A stretch of DNA of 60,486 bases, filler included, from a bacterium UBP13_UBA5359 (lineage in GTDB: Bacteria; UBP13; UBA5359): assembly GCA_002410925.1 (NCBI GenBank). It is 4 parts of 4 records of this genome, joined end to end, with 100 filler letters (N's around TTAATTAATTAA, not from the genome) between each part and the next. Parts side by side here need not be neighbours in the genome. Positions count along the whole stretch, not along the records: positions 14,117 to 39,776 come from DHPR01000039.1; 3 more parts are not named here. One strand, 5' to 3'. Under the pieces are notes generated by a model, which had not been told where the DNA came from, searched no databases, and saw only the letters and a program-made list of their open reading frames with translations. Positions within the stretch are counted from its first letter, which is position 1; every line of letters begins with the position of its first letter. Below, piece by piece: positions 21,634 through 32,138 of the stretch. Made by a program: the position numbers and the translations under genes.

Positions 21634-22311
21634 ATGGAAGCATTTTGGTTATCATTAGGTATGATTTTTCTGGCGGAACTGGGTGATAAAACGCAACTGG
21701 TGGCCATGACACTGGCGGCTCGTTTCAATGCTCGGACGGTATTGGCCGGTATCTTTGTTGCCACTTTGCTGGTGCATGTTTTTTCAGCCCTGATAGGGGG
21801 CGCCATGGGTAAGCTTTTGCCCGCTGATTGGATAAGCTTTCTGGCCGGGACGGCCTTCGTTTTTTTTGGGTTCTGGACATTAAGAGGCGATATCCTGAAA
21901 GAAGAGGAGAAAGGCAGACATAAGATATCTCTATCACCCTTTTGGCTGGTAACGCTCACCTTCTTTCTGGCAGAACTGGGAGATAAAACTATGCTCGGCA
22001 CCATTGCTTTGGCTACAAGTCATCCCTTTATGCCTGTTTGGCTCGGCTCCACTCTGGGCATGGTCCTGTCAGATGGTTTGGCTATATTGGTAGGGCAGGT
22101 GATGGGCGCGAGATTGCCGGAGCGAGCCATAGCAATTGGTGCTGCCGTCGTCTTCTTTGGATTTGGATTGTCCGGTATGGCTTCAGGAGCAAGCAAGCTG
22201 GGCACTGCTGCCTGGATTACGGGTGTGGTGTTGCTGGCCGGTTGTCTTTTGGCGTTTCTGTATCTGTCGCGTAAAGGGAGAGATCAGGTAAAGGTAGTTG
22301 ATAACCGATAA
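21634..22311 (+). CDS. TMEM165/GDT1 (UPF0016) cation transporter
   Basis: Two ELGDKT motifs, multiple TM helices. Confidence 0.92.
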   Translation: MEAFWLSLGMIFLAELGDKTQLVAMTLAARFNARTVLAGIFVATLLVHVFSALIGGAMGKLLPADWISFLAGTAFVFFGFWTLRGDILKEEEKGRHKISLSPFWLVTLTFFLAELGDKTMLGTIALATSHPFMPVWLGSTLGMVLSDGLAILVGQVMGARLPERAIAIGAAVVFFGFGLSGMASGASKLGTAAWITGVVLLAGCLLAFLYLSRKGRDQVKVVDNR

Positions 22312-22412
22312 CCGAAAGGGTGCTTTTACTTCATAGCGGCTCTTTTTACAAGCCTTTTCATTTATTGTATACTTGGGGAGAAAGAGGAGTTTTCTCTTTT
22401 CAGGTGTAAACT

Positions 22413-23642
22413 ATGAGATGTTTTTGTCTGGTAGCCCGGCTGATGAAGTTTGCAAAGACACAAAGGTATGAAGGCATGATGGGAAAGCACCAATGGCGCT
22501 GTATGCAGGTGCCGGGCGTAATTCTGGCTATAGCTTTGTTTTTTGTTCATGTAGCGGCTGCCGATGCCGGCAATGCTGCAAAAGGGGCTGAATTGATGGA
22601 ATTGCATCGCGTCAGGTTGTTAAATGAAGCGGGCGGTGCCATAGAGGGCAGCCGAGACGGTGGTGCTTCCTGGATCAGGCTGGGTACGGTTTTGCAGCCG
22701 GTTGAGCAGATCAACGATAACGGCTATACTGCCAGCGCCTGGGCTGTCGATGGGCATGTGGCCGCCACGGCGGTCAACGCTATTCATATCAAAGTTGGAT
22801 TAAGCTCTCAGGGAAGAGGCAGAATCTTTAGCTTGCTGCCCAGGGATATGTTTGCTCCGCCTGCGGGATACAGCTCCTATCTCAATTTGCAATCCTCCAT
22901 ATATACCGATATCCCCTCCGGGGGAAGTCTTTTTGGAGATGGCTTTGCACCGGTTGTCGGCAGCAAGGTATTTTATCTCTCTGGAACAACCGGCGATGAA
23001 GGCCGGCTGCTGCCGGCGGCTGATTATGTGCCTGCCAGGGGCGATAGATTGATGATTGTTACCGAGCTGCCCGAGCTATGGCCGAGAGAGATGCTTTTTG
23101 AAAACCGCGAAGGCGGCAGAGTTACGATGACCTTTGCCGACGGCAGCAGCCAGACCGTTGCCACGGTAGTCAGGCCGGTACACGGTGTCGGGCGGTTTCA
23201 GGGCAGCACCTTTACCGGCGGCGGGCGGATCAGGGCCAATCACTGCGGTGTTATCTGTGTATCCACCTCAGCTATGGGAGATCTGGGCGGATTTCAGATA
23301 ATTCCGTTGGAACACTCCCATAGCCCGGAAATGCAAGGGGCCTGGTCAAAGACACAGTGGATGATAGTGGCGCCTCTGGATGATAATTCTCTTCAGGGCA
23401 GGGCGCCTCTCTTTTCATCTTATATATATCCCAGCTATTCATCGGAAGATCTCTATGCAGAAAACTGGAAAGAACGTATGCTCAGTCGTTTTCTGGTAAC
23501 TGTGAAGCTTTCAGATCGAGAGGATTGGCAGCCGATGCCGCTCTTTCGCTTTCACCCGAATGTAAACAGACCTTTGCCCGATTGGGCTGCGAGCGCACTT
23601 GAAAAAGTAACAGAGATAAAGATCTCGTTTCCGATAATGTAG
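22413..23642 (+). CDS. Hypothetical exported protein (true start probably further downstream)
   Basis: Long ORF; signal-like ILAIALFFVHVAAADA segment; Gly-rich conserved-looking motifs. Confidence 0.7.
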   Translation: MRCFCLVARLMKFAKTQRYEGMMGKHQWRCMQVPGVILAIALFFVHVAAADAGNAAKGAELMELHRVRLLNEAGGAIEGSRDGGASWIRLGTVLQPVEQINDNGYTASAWAVDGHVAATAVNAIHIKVGLSSQGRGRIFSLLPRDMFAPPAGYSSYLNLQSSIYTDIPSGGSLFGDGFAPVVGSKVFYLSGTTGDEGRLLPAADYVPARGDRLMIVTELPELWPREMLFENREGGRVTMTFADGSSQTVATVVRPVHGVGRFQGSTFTGGGRIRANHCGVICVSTSAMGDLGGFQIIPLEHSHSPEMQGAWSKTQWMIVAPLDDNSLQGRAPLFSSYIYPSYSSEDLYAENWKERMLSRFLVTVKLSDREDWQPMPLFRFHPNVNRPLPDWAASALEKVTEIKISFPIM

Positions 23643-23651
23643 GAGGTAAAC

Positions 23652-24026
23652 ATGGCAACGCTTCGTATAATGGGGATTGCATTTATAAGCATCCTGCTGG
23701 TGGGCTTAGTTAACTGGGGTTTCTTTCATCCACCTGCAAAGCCTTCCAGTGTAGAGCAGAAAATTGTAGAGCACTACAACAAAAAGTTACAGGAACTGAG
23801 TGAAGTGCAACAGGGCCTGCCAGCGGCCGATCCTGTTGCGACGGTATCCGCTGCCAGGCGAGATATTGCAGCCGCCAACGGCGTGACCGCAGAGCAGCTT
23901 GATGCCATATTGAAAAAGTCCAAAGCCTGGAATGAATATGCTGCCAAGCATCCTGAAGTTGTGGAAAAGAGCGTTATAGAACGTCACGGGCAAGATGGCG
24001 CTTCTCAACAGGAGTATGGGGATTGA
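23652..24026 (+). CDS. Hypothetical membrane-anchored protein
   Basis: AGGAGG RBS, N-terminal TM helix. Confidence 0.7.
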   Translation: MATLRIMGIAFISILLVGLVNWGFFHPPAKPSSVEQKIVEHYNKKLQELSEVQQGLPAADPVATVSAARRDIAAANGVTAEQLDAILKKSKAWNEYAAKHPEVVEKSVIERHGQDGASQQEYGD

Positions 24027-24246
24027 TAGGATTTCAAATTACCGGACATAAGACCGGACATAAGAATTAATGGAGATGTCGGCGGCAGTAACGCCGACAT
24101 CATATTTGGATTGCTTATACGTGTTTCCGGCACTAAAATTGCCGATGCCGGCTCTAGAAGAGCGTGAACGACCGTATTCATCTGTTTGCGCCTTTCAGCT
24201 GTCCGGAAATAGTCTGGCGGCTTTCTCAGGTTAAAAGGATAAGCGG

Positions 24247-24969
24247 ATGAAATTGAAATACAGGTTCAGATCAGGGTTGGATATAGATATTCTGTTGGCA
24301 ACTCTTTTGCTTCTTATATTCTTTATGCTGCCGTTTTTCATGGGGCTTATGGATATAAGCCTTCTATCGATGTTTGATATTCTACTTTACGTATGGTTTA
24401 AACTCTGGCAATCTCTAATAATTCTCTTCTTCTGGCTGCTGCCCTTCTCTTTACCGCAGCTTCAATCCTGGTTGCCCTGCTTTGATGCTTTTATGGCTGT
24501 TTTGCTCTTACCGCTGGGTTTTTATCTCTTTCTAACCTGGACGAAAGAGCGTGAACTGATACCGGTAGCATTCTCGCTTATCGGAGCTTCGCTAATTTGG
24601 CTGGGAAGCATAATGGCTGGAACAGAGCGATCAATTCTCTTGTGGAAACCCGATTATGCAGATATAGCCGCTGGAGCGGCGGAGGTGCTGTTGCGATGGG
24701 GAGCGGCAGAGAAGATGCCCGGTATAGGGTCTTTTCTTCTTCTGCTGGGAGAGGGGATACTGCTGGCCGGTCTTGTGGCAACGGTAATAGTGCTGGCGGC
24801 GGAACTGGCGCAGAGGCGCTTCAATCATCACAGCATTGCCCTGAGCTATTCTATGTTGCCGGCTATAGCTGCCATGATCTGGTTGAAAGCCTGGATTCCG
24901 GCAGCGCTGCTGGTATTTTTATGGGCGCTTTATCATGATAAGGCAGGAAGATATATTCATGAGTGTTAG
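24247..24969 (+). CDS. Hypothetical integral membrane protein
   Basis: Highly hydrophobic 240-aa ORF. Confidence 0.6.
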   Translation: MKLKYRFRSGLDIDILLATLLLLIFFMLPFFMGLMDISLLSMFDILLYVWFKLWQSLIILFFWLLPFSLPQLQSWLPCFDAFMAVLLLPLGFYLFLTWTKERELIPVAFSLIGASLIWLGSIMAGTERSILLWKPDYADIAAGAAEVLLRWGAAEKMPGIGSFLLLLGEGILLAGLVATVIVLAAELAQRRFNHHSIALSYSMLPAIAAMIWLKAWIPAALLVFLWALYHDKAGRYIHEC

Positions 24970-25120
24970 AACATGGAGGCGATTGGTGGTATAATTCCTG
25001 AGGCAGGTAACCCGAGATAGCCTGAAGACCCGATTTCCAACATGACTAGAAGGCTTGAGATGTCTGCCGGAGCGCAGAGTAATCCAGTTTTTAGACCGAA
25101 AAGCTTTTCAGGAGGATAAC

Positions 25121-25804
25121 ATGACGGAGATAGTTGATATCTTTGCCGAGAATAATATGACTTTGATTCTTTCACTGCCGGCCAATGATCCGGCTCTGGC
25201 CAGGGCTGCAATTGCCGGCGGAGCGGATATGGTCAAGACACATATACATCTAAAACATCAAGCCAGCGGGACGGGCTTCGGCAATCTGGAAGAAGAGCGC
25301 CAGGCGCTTCTTAGCATTCTGGAGGCGGTGGATGTTCCGGTAGGCCTGGTCATAGGAGCGGCAAAGACGGCAGATGAAGCGGAGATGGATGAAGTGGAGA
25401 GCATGGGATTTGCTTACATAGATGCCTACGCTCATCATTTGCCGGCCTGGATGATGGCCCGGAGCCGGTTGCCGCGTATGGTAGCCGTTGAGGAGAGATA
25501 TATAGACCTTATTCCGCAGTTTGAGAATCTGGGTATGGATATGGTAGAGGCCGCAGTGGTGCCGCACCAGGAATACGGTTTGCCGTTGAATTTATATGAC
25601 CTGGGTATCTATGGGCATATTTGTGAAATGACCGACCTTCCGGTTGTAGTGCCTACACAGAAAGCTATTCGTCCCGATGAGATAGCCATGCTGGCCGATG
25701 CAGGTATATCGGCATTGATGATCGGCGCTATAGTGACCGGCAGCACATCCGACAGCATTGAGAAGGTAACAGCGGAGTATCGCCAGGCTATAGATAAGCT
25801 TTGA
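25121..25804 (+). CDS. Hypothetical TIM-barrel-like protein
   Basis: GGAGG RBS; alternating beta/alpha pattern ending in ALMIGAIV. Confidence 0.6.
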   Translation: MTEIVDIFAENNMTLILSLPANDPALARAAIAGGADMVKTHIHLKHQASGTGFGNLEEERQALLSILEAVDVPVGLVIGAAKTADEAEMDEVESMGFAYIDAYAHHLPAWMMARSRLPRMVAVEERYIDLIPQFENLGMDMVEAAVVPHQEYGLPLNLYDLGIYGHICEMTDLPVVVPTQKAIRPDEIAMLADAGISALMIGAIVTGSTSDSIEKVTAEYRQAIDKL

Positions 25805-25891
25805 AAAAAGGCAAGCCCGTGTGCTTGTCTGAGAAATCCTAAAACCGATAACTGCGCTCGTAGGCGCAATTAAAGCAGGAGGTAAATAATC

Positions 25892-26836
25892 ATGAAATTA
25901 GGAAAGATCTATGAAACAGCCGTACGCGCAGGGATGGAGGCCGATCCGAGAGGCCTGCCGGAGGTATACCGCTATATGGAAAAGGTCAGGCAGGATTATG
26001 AAGCTTTGCCTGAGACAAAGAAGGAACGCTTCGACAAAGAGAGGCTCACCAATCCGTATGCCGATACCCGGCTGCTTTATGGCGATTCCGACCTGGAAGT
26101 AAAATGCTTGATTGCCGGCATAGATATGGAGATGGGCGAGGTTATGCTGGCTGAGCGGCTGAATGAAAAAGGTGCCGGTATCGACCTCATTCTGGCTCAC
26201 CATCCTGAAGGAAGCGCCATGGCTCAGTTCTATCAGGTTATGCATATGCAGGCGGATATTATGGCTGGATATGGTGTGCCTGTATCCGTAGCCGAGGCAG
26301 TGCTGCCGGGCAGAATAAGTGAGGTTGAGCGTCGCGTGATGCCTGCAAATCACCAAAGAGCCGTTGATGCCGCCAGGCTGCTGAACTTGCCGATGATGTG
26401 CATCCATACCCCCTGTGACAACATGGTTACCGAATATCTGCAGAAGATGCTTGATGCTGCAGAGCCCTACTACCTGGATGATCTGATCGAGCTGCTTAAC
26501 GATGTACCAGAGTACGATATAGCAAGTAAGAACAATGCCGGTCCCAGGATAGTATTGGGCGATGGCAAGCGCCGATCCGGCAAGATTAAGGTGGATATGA
26601 CGGGCGGTACCGGTGGCCCCAAGGAGTACATGGAGGCTCTGGTTCGCGCCGGCGTAAGCACCATTGTAGGCATGCATATCAGCGAAGAGAATTATAAAGC
26701 TGCCGATGAAGCACATCTCAACGTGGTTATTGGCGGACATATTTCCAGCGATACCATCGGGATGAATCTTTTGCTGGATAAAATAGAGCCTGTGAAAGTG
26801 GTAGAATGCTCCGGCTTCAGACGAATCAAGCGCTGA
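25892..26836 (+). CDS. NIF3-like (NGG1p-interacting factor) metal-binding protein
   Basis: NPYADTR, GIDM, AHHPEG, HTPCDN, GHISSD. Confidence 0.85.
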   Translation: MKLGKIYETAVRAGMEADPRGLPEVYRYMEKVRQDYEALPETKKERFDKERLTNPYADTRLLYGDSDLEVKCLIAGIDMEMGEVMLAERLNEKGAGIDLILAHHPEGSAMAQFYQVMHMQADIMAGYGVPVSVAEAVLPGRISEVERRVMPANHQRAVDAARLLNLPMMCIHTPCDNMVTEYLQKMLDAAEPYYLDDLIELLNDVPEYDIASKNNAGPRIVLGDGKRRSGKIKVDMTGGTGGPKEYMEALVRAGVSTIVGMHISEENYKAADEAHLNVVIGGHISSDTIGMNLLLDKIEPVKVVECSGFRRIKR

Positions 26837-27126
26837 TGGAGCGTAACAATCCCTTTTATCATCTAAAGAAAGGCTGTGTGGAGAGAGAGATCAGCCTCAG
26901 ACATCTGACGGTGTCTGAGGCGCTTTCTCTTCTGGATAAATATCTGGATGATGCCTTTCTGGCAGGCCTGCCCACAGTTAGAATCATTCACGGACGACAC
27001 GGCGGCACTCTGCGCCGGGAGGTCAGAAAGTTTTTGGATCAACATCCTCATGTGAAATCATGGCGCCCTGCCGACATCTTTGAGGGTGGTTTGGGAGTGA
27101 CCGTAGCGTATTTATATGAAATTTAA
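26836..27126 (+). CDS. Stand-alone Smr/MutS2 C-terminal domain protein
   Basis: LDKYLDDA, IIHGRHGGTLR, EGGLGVT; TGATG coupling. Confidence 0.85.
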   Translation: MERNNPFYHLKKGCVEREISLRHLTVSEALSLLDKYLDDAFLAGLPTVRIIHGRHGGTLRREVRKFLDQHPHVKSWRPADIFEGGLGVTVAYLYEI

Positions 27127-27167
27127 GCGTTGCTTGAATTTCAGAGGCTGAAGCAGGTTGCCCAAGC

Positions 27168-27914
27168 TTAGGTTTCCGGCATATTTAAAAGCCTGGGTGC
27201 CTCGTTGAACCAGTGGCTCTTGAAAGATTCGGTATCGTTCCAGGTGATGACAAAATCCATCAATGGAGCGTTGGGATGCCGTTTCTGCCAAAGATAAACC
27301 CAGGCGGCGGCATAGCTGTATGCCCAATGTTCATCGAGCAAGCGTTGGCGGCACTCGCTATCACTGCTGATAGCAGGTAGAAGGTGTTGCTTCAGTTCAT
27401 TGGGAATATCGGGGTCGGATAGAAATTTCTTCTCTATATTTTTAGCTGTGACAATGCTCATTTGCAAGGGGCCAAAGGTCTTGCCGATAGGCAATCCCTT
27501 GGAGCAGGCATAGTTCTGCAGATCCGTCCAGATATTGGCGTAACTGCGTTCGAGCACAGTAATGGCGTACAGCAGCTCAGGATTGCGCAGATGAAATCTT
27601 TTTGCAGCCAGCTGTGCGCGCTGCGAATTGTAATTTTTATCGGGGGTTTCGTCTCTTAAAGCCATTACCACTCTATGCTCCATGCCGCTCTGTATGGTTG
27701 TGGCAGGTTGCGCTTTAGATAGAGTGGCGCGCCACTTCCGGTTCTCATCGGGACGCAAGGTATAATAATAGCTGTCGAAGATAGCAATAGAAAAGCCCTC
27801 TTTAGCCATGACATAGAATTTGTTTTCGTATTCTATTCTGGCTGTAGCCGGCAACAGCAGCAGAAGCACGGTTATAACGGCAGTTTTTATTAATACCGTT
27901 GTATTACGGCTCAT
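27168..27914 (-). CDS. Exported protein, possible lysozyme-like/SLT fold
   Basis: Signal peptide; PELLYAITVLERS and GPLQM resemble SLT motifs. Confidence 0.55.
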   Translation of the reverse strand: MSRNTTVLIKTAVITVLLLLLPATARIEYENKFYVMAKEGFSIAIFDSYYYTLRPDENRKWRATLSKAQPATTIQSGMEHRVVMALRDETPDKNYNSQRAQLAAKRFHLRNPELLYAITVLERSYANIWTDLQNYACSKGLPIGKTFGPLQMSIVTAKNIEKKFLSDPDIPNELKQHLLPAISSDSECRQRLLDEHWAYSYAAAWVYLWQKRHPNAPLMDFVITWNDTESFKSHWFNEAPRLLNMPET

Positions 27915-28256
27915 GGTTGGATTCTCTCCGATCAACCCGATCTATGTATGCCCAACGGGATGCATACCCCTTTCTAACCTAATTATAGCATATAACAATC
28001 ATAATGAGTCATGAATTATTCTTATATATTCCCAGTATTGTTATCTGCTGAAACGGATGATTTAATATGCTGAAAGGCAACAATCAGAGCGCTGAATCTT
28101 TTGATATATCAACGGTTTAAGGTTAATAATTGAAGAATAAGTCGGTATTTTGAAAATAAAGACGCTTCTCCTTAAAGACTTAAGAGAGTGTTGGCCTTAT
28201 ACTATGGTTAAGGTCTTTAAAGATCGATGAGTATATATTCGGTGGGAGGAAGATCG

Positions 28257-29159
28257 ATGCTGGACGGTAAAGAGATCAAGGTGGCGGTAATCGGATTGGA
28301 TACCAGCCACAGTGTGGTATTTACGGAGCTGATGCAATCTCCTGATTGCTCTGCCGAAAAGAGAGTTTCGGGGTTGAAAGCGATAAGTTGCCTGCGCTTT
28401 CCTACACCTTTTCAGAGTGAGGAAGGGTTGGATGCAAGGCAGAAACAGATGGAAGGCTGGGGCGTAAAAGTAACCACTGATTTCGATGAAGCCGTAGCCG
28501 ATTGCGATGCTGTAATGCTGGAGATCAATGACCCTGCCTATCATCTGGAATATTTCAGCCGCTGTGCCGATCTGGGCAAGCCGATATTCCTGGATAAGCC
28601 CATGGCCGGCAATATTGCGGAGGGCAGAAAGATCTATGAATTGGCAAAGAGCAAAAACTTGAAGGTATTTTCCACATCGACGCTGCGCTTTGTGCCTCAG
28701 CTGCTGGAAGCCTGCGTACAGATGCCCGAGCCCTATTTTACCACTACTTACGGACCGTTGGGCGTGGCTCCGGCAGGCAGTTCCATAATCTGGTATGGAG
28801 TTCATTCCTTTGAAATGCTGCAGCGGGCCATGGGAGCGGGCGCAGCCACAGTTAAGACCGTAGAGGATAAAGCTGGAGCGGTCTCGGTGGTGGAATATGG
28901 CGACGGACGCCGCGGTGTAGTAGAGCTCACCGTAGGAGCCGGCATATACGGCGGCTGTCTGCGTAGCAAAGAGAAGGCGGCGCCCTACGTGGTGGATATG
29001 AGCCGGCATTATCCCGATTTGCTGCTTGAGATAGAGAAATTCTTCCGAACGGGAGAGGCGCCGATCCCCTTGGAAACCACCTTCGAAGTTATGGCTATGC
29101 TGGATGCAGCAGAGCGCTCCTTTAAGGGCGGAAAAAAAGAATCTGTGGAGGTCGCATAA
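28257..29159 (+). CDS. Gfo/Idh/MocA oxidoreductase
   Basis: VAVIGLDTSH, FLDKPMA, WYGVH. Confidence 0.85.
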   Translation: MLDGKEIKVAVIGLDTSHSVVFTELMQSPDCSAEKRVSGLKAISCLRFPTPFQSEEGLDARQKQMEGWGVKVTTDFDEAVADCDAVMLEINDPAYHLEYFSRCADLGKPIFLDKPMAGNIAEGRKIYELAKSKNLKVFSTSTLRFVPQLLEACVQMPEPYFTTTYGPLGVAPAGSSIIWYGVHSFEMLQRAMGAGAATVKTVEDKAGAVSVVEYGDGRRGVVELTVGAGIYGGCLRSKEKAAPYVVDMSRHYPDLLLEIEKFFRTGEAPIPLETTFEVMAMLDAAERSFKGGKKESVEVA

Positions 29160-29161
29160 TC

Positions 29162-30217
29162 ATGAAGAAGATAAGAGTAGGTATCATAGGCCAGGGCAGA
29201 AGTGGCCGGGAGATTCACGATCAGTCATTTAGAAAGCTGGTTTCCGATAAGTATCAGGTAGTGGCGGTGGCAGATTCGTTGGAGGAGCGCTGCCGCAGAG
29301 CTGAAGAGGAGTTCGGCTACGCAACATATACCGATTACAGAGAGATGCTGAAGCGTGATGACCTGGATTTGGTTGTTAATGCTTCTCCCAGTCATCTGCA
29401 TGTTCCTATAACTGCCGAAGCACTGGATGCCGGTTTCAATGTATTAACAGAGAAACCGCTGGCTCGCAAGGCTGCTGATGTGGATATGCTGATTGCAAAG
29501 GCTAAGGCCGCGGGTAAGTTCTTTGCCGTCTTTCAACAATCACGTTTTGCTCCCTACTACCTGCAGGTAAATAAGATTATCGATTCCGGTTTGTTGGGAC
29601 GTATAGTCATGGTCAAGATTGCCTTCAACGGTTTTGCCCGTAGGTGGGATTGGCAGACGCTGCAGGATATGGATGGCGGCAGTTTGCTTAATACCGGTCC
29701 CCATCCGCTGGATCAGGCACTGCATTTTGTCGGGCGTGATGCTATGCCACAGGTATTATGCCTGATGGATAGAACCGATAATTCTTTCGGCGACGCCGAA
29801 GATCATGTCAAGCTTATTATGCATCGTCAGGGCAAACCTACGGTGGATCTGGAGATATCCTCATGTTGTGCTTATCCGTTGTACACTTATCAGGTATTCG
29901 GTACCAGAGGCGGTCTTACCGGCAACATGACGCATATCGACTGGAAGTACTTTAATTCTGAAGAGATGCCGCAACAGGATTTAATCAGAGAACCTTTGCC
30001 CGGGCCGAGCTACTGCGGCGAGGAGCTTAAATGGCATGAAGAGAGTTGGGACGTGCCGGAAGATGAATCCAATCTTTTCTATACCATGGCCAGGAGATTT
30101 TATAACAACATTTATGATGCTCTGCTAAAGGGCGCTCCCCTGGAGGTTAAATTGGAGCATGTGCGGCAGCAGATAGCTGTGATAGAGGAGTGCCACAGGC
30201 AGAACAAGATGGATTAA
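29162..30217 (+). CDS. Gfo/Idh/MocA oxidoreductase
   Basis: GIIGQGRSG, EKPLA, GGSLLNTGPHPLDQ. Confidence 0.9.
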   Translation: MKKIRVGIIGQGRSGREIHDQSFRKLVSDKYQVVAVADSLEERCRRAEEEFGYATYTDYREMLKRDDLDLVVNASPSHLHVPITAEALDAGFNVLTEKPLARKAADVDMLIAKAKAAGKFFAVFQQSRFAPYYLQVNKIIDSGLLGRIVMVKIAFNGFARRWDWQTLQDMDGGSLLNTGPHPLDQALHFVGRDAMPQVLCLMDRTDNSFGDAEDHVKLIMHRQGKPTVDLEISSCCAYPLYTYQVFGTRGGLTGNMTHIDWKYFNSEEMPQQDLIREPLPGPSYCGEELKWHEESWDVPEDESNLFYTMARRFYNNIYDALLKGAPLEVKLEHVRQQIAVIEECHRQNKMD

Positions 30218-30242
30218 GAGTATAACGCAACAGTGTAGGCGG

Positions 30243-30288
30243 AAGGCGGCCCCGGTAACGGCAAGGATACCGGGGCTGCCTTTTGTTT
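30243..30288 (+). terminator. Intrinsic terminator
   Basis: AAGGCGGCCCCGGTA/TACCGGGGCTGCCTT stem followed by T-rich tail. Confidence 0.75.
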
Positions 30289-30316
30289 GCTATGCCTTGA
30301 AACTCCCCCGCTCTTC

Positions 30317-30345
30317 TTGACGTATGTCTCCTTTCCTCGTAGAAT
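30317..30345 (+). promoter_or_regulatory. Sigma70 promoter for aroF
   Basis: TTGACG-17 bp-TAGAAT. Confidence 0.6.
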
Positions 30346-30423
30346 AAATCTATCTTGATTTTTCCGGCAGATTTTTCGTCAAACAATTTAAAAAGTGATC
30401 TCGGCAAGGGAGGGTAAAGGGAT

Positions 30424-31455
30424 ATGATCATAGTCATGGAGCGCGGCAGCGGCGAGGAGCAGCTGCAAATTGTAATTGGTGAGATCAAGGCTTTTGGCTA
30501 TGATCCTCACGTCATACGCGGCACCGATCGGACAGTGGTCGGCGCCGTAGGAGATGAAAGGGGTAAGACCCGGCTGCAGGCGCTGGAGAGCTTTGACGGC
30601 GTGGAGCAGGTTATTCCCATTCTGAAGCCCTTTAAGTTGGCCAGTACCGAGGTCAAGCAGGAGCGCAGTATCGTTGAACTGGCCAATGGTCTCAAAATAG
30701 GCGGAGGTCATCTGGCCGTCATGGCCGGACCATGCTCAGTAGAAAGTGAAGAGCAGCTGCTGGAAACCGCACGGCGGGTAAAGGCCGCCGGAGCCAACGT
30801 TTTGCGTGGCGGAGCCTTTAAGCCACGCACCTCACCCTATGCTTTTCAGGGTTTGGCAGAGGAAGGCCTCAGGTTGATGTCCAGGGCCAAAGAAGAGACC
30901 GGATTGCCGATTATCACGGAAGTTATAGCACCAGAGGATGTGGATCTGGTAGCCGAATATGCAGATATCGTCCAGGTAGGCGCCAGGAACATGAGCAACT
31001 TTGCCTTGCTGCGCCGGCTGGGAGGTATCCGCAAACCGGTTATGTTAAAGCGGGGGATGTCCGCTACTGTCGAGGAATTTCTGATGTCTGCCGAATATAT
31101 TCTGTCGGAGGGCAATTACAATGTCATTCTTTGCGAGCGTGGTATCCGTACCTTTGAGACGGCTACTCGCTTCACCTTCGATATCAATGCCATACCGCTG
31201 TTACATAATCTTACCCATCTGCCGGTAATTGCCGACCCCAGCCATGCCACCGGACAATGGCGCCTGGTGGAGCCGATAGCCAAAGCTGCTCTGGCCGCCG
31301 GAGCCGACGGCCTGATGATTGAAGTGCATATCGATCCGGTTCACGCCTTTTCCGACGGAGCGCAATCGCTGCGGCCGGACACTTTCGGAAAGATGATGAA
31401 GAACATCCTGCCCTATGCGGAGCTGAGCGGATTGAAGCTGCCCGAATTTGATTGA
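30424..31455 (+). CDS. aroF: DAHP synthase, type I-beta with N-terminal ACT-like domain
   Basis: [37 protein letters not shown]. Confidence 0.94.
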   Translation: MIIVMERGSGEEQLQIVIGEIKAFGYDPHVIRGTDRTVVGAVGDERGKTRLQALESFDGVEQVIPILKPFKLASTEVKQERSIVELANGLKIGGGHLAVMAGPCSVESEEQLLETARRVKAAGANVLRGGAFKPRTSPYAFQGLAEEGLRLMSRAKEETGLPIITEVIAPEDVDLVAEYADIVQVGARNMSNFALLRRLGGIRKPVMLKRGMSATVEEFLMSAEYILSEGNYNVILCERGIRTFETATRFTFDINAIPLLHNLTHLPVIADPSHATGQWRLVEPIAKAALAAGADGLMIEVHIDPVHAFSDGAQSLRPDTFGKMMKNILPYAELSGLKLPEFD

Positions 31456-31479
31456 CACGGTATCACAATATGGTATGAT
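31452..31479 (+). promoter_or_regulatory. Promoter for ssrA
   Basis: TTGACA-16 bp-TATGAT with TG extension. Confidence 0.6.
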
Positions 31480-31499
31480 TTATAGAGTGACTTCATCAT

Positions 31500-31847
31500 G
31501 GGGGCGACAGGTATCGACGGGAAGTGATGGGGTCGGAGTAGCGAGTCGAGGTTCCATAAGCTCGTTAAACTGTGGGAAAACTATAAACGCCAACGATAAT
31601 TTGGCTCTGGCCGCTTAATATAAGCGCCTGTCCTTCCGGCTACGTCGATCGGGCCGAGCGGGGCATCAACTAAGATCGACTACCCAAAGGCCCATTCCTG
31701 TAAGCCCGAGGGGAATTTTACAGGATAGCTGTAGTTCTATCCCGCCTGCGGGAGCGGACAAGGCGAAACTCAAAGCGCAGGATACACTCGTAGAAGCTCC
31801 GATGACAGCCTTTTCGGACAGGGGTTCGAATCCCCTCGCCTCCACCA
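31500..31847 (+). ncRNA. ssrA: tmRNA; tag peptide (A)ANDNLALAA coded at 31589-31618
   Basis: GGGGGCG acceptor with G3.U pair, GGTTCGAATCCCCTCGCCTCCACCA 3' end, tag frame ending LAA-TAA. Confidence 0.96.
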
Positions 31848-31854
31848 AGCTGAC

Positions 31855-31897
31855 AAACCTACTTTTTTAACTTAGTTAAAAGTGGGTTTTCCTTTTT
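31855..31897 (+). terminator. Terminator after ssrA
   Basis: AAACCTACTTTT..AAAAGTGGGTTT hairpin plus T tract. Confidence 0.55.
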
Positions 31898-32138
31898 GGC
31901 TTTAAGATGGCCATTTTGTATAAATTTTATCCTTAAAGTTATAAAAATGAAGAATTGTTTTTCAATTCAAATTTATAACCTAAATTACCGTAGGTTTAAG
32001 CTGCAGTTATGGATATAGGGGACGTACGCGCGTTGTCTCACGAAAGAATGACACCGAAATGGTAATCGTTGTACCTTGATTAATTTGACTAAGTGAATTA
32101 TTATAGGGCAGCAAAGCAAGTGCTAAGGAGCAGTAACA

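Noticed and set aside
31666-31848. 60-aa ORF MVEARGFEPLS
   Set aside because: Antisense shadow of tmRNA
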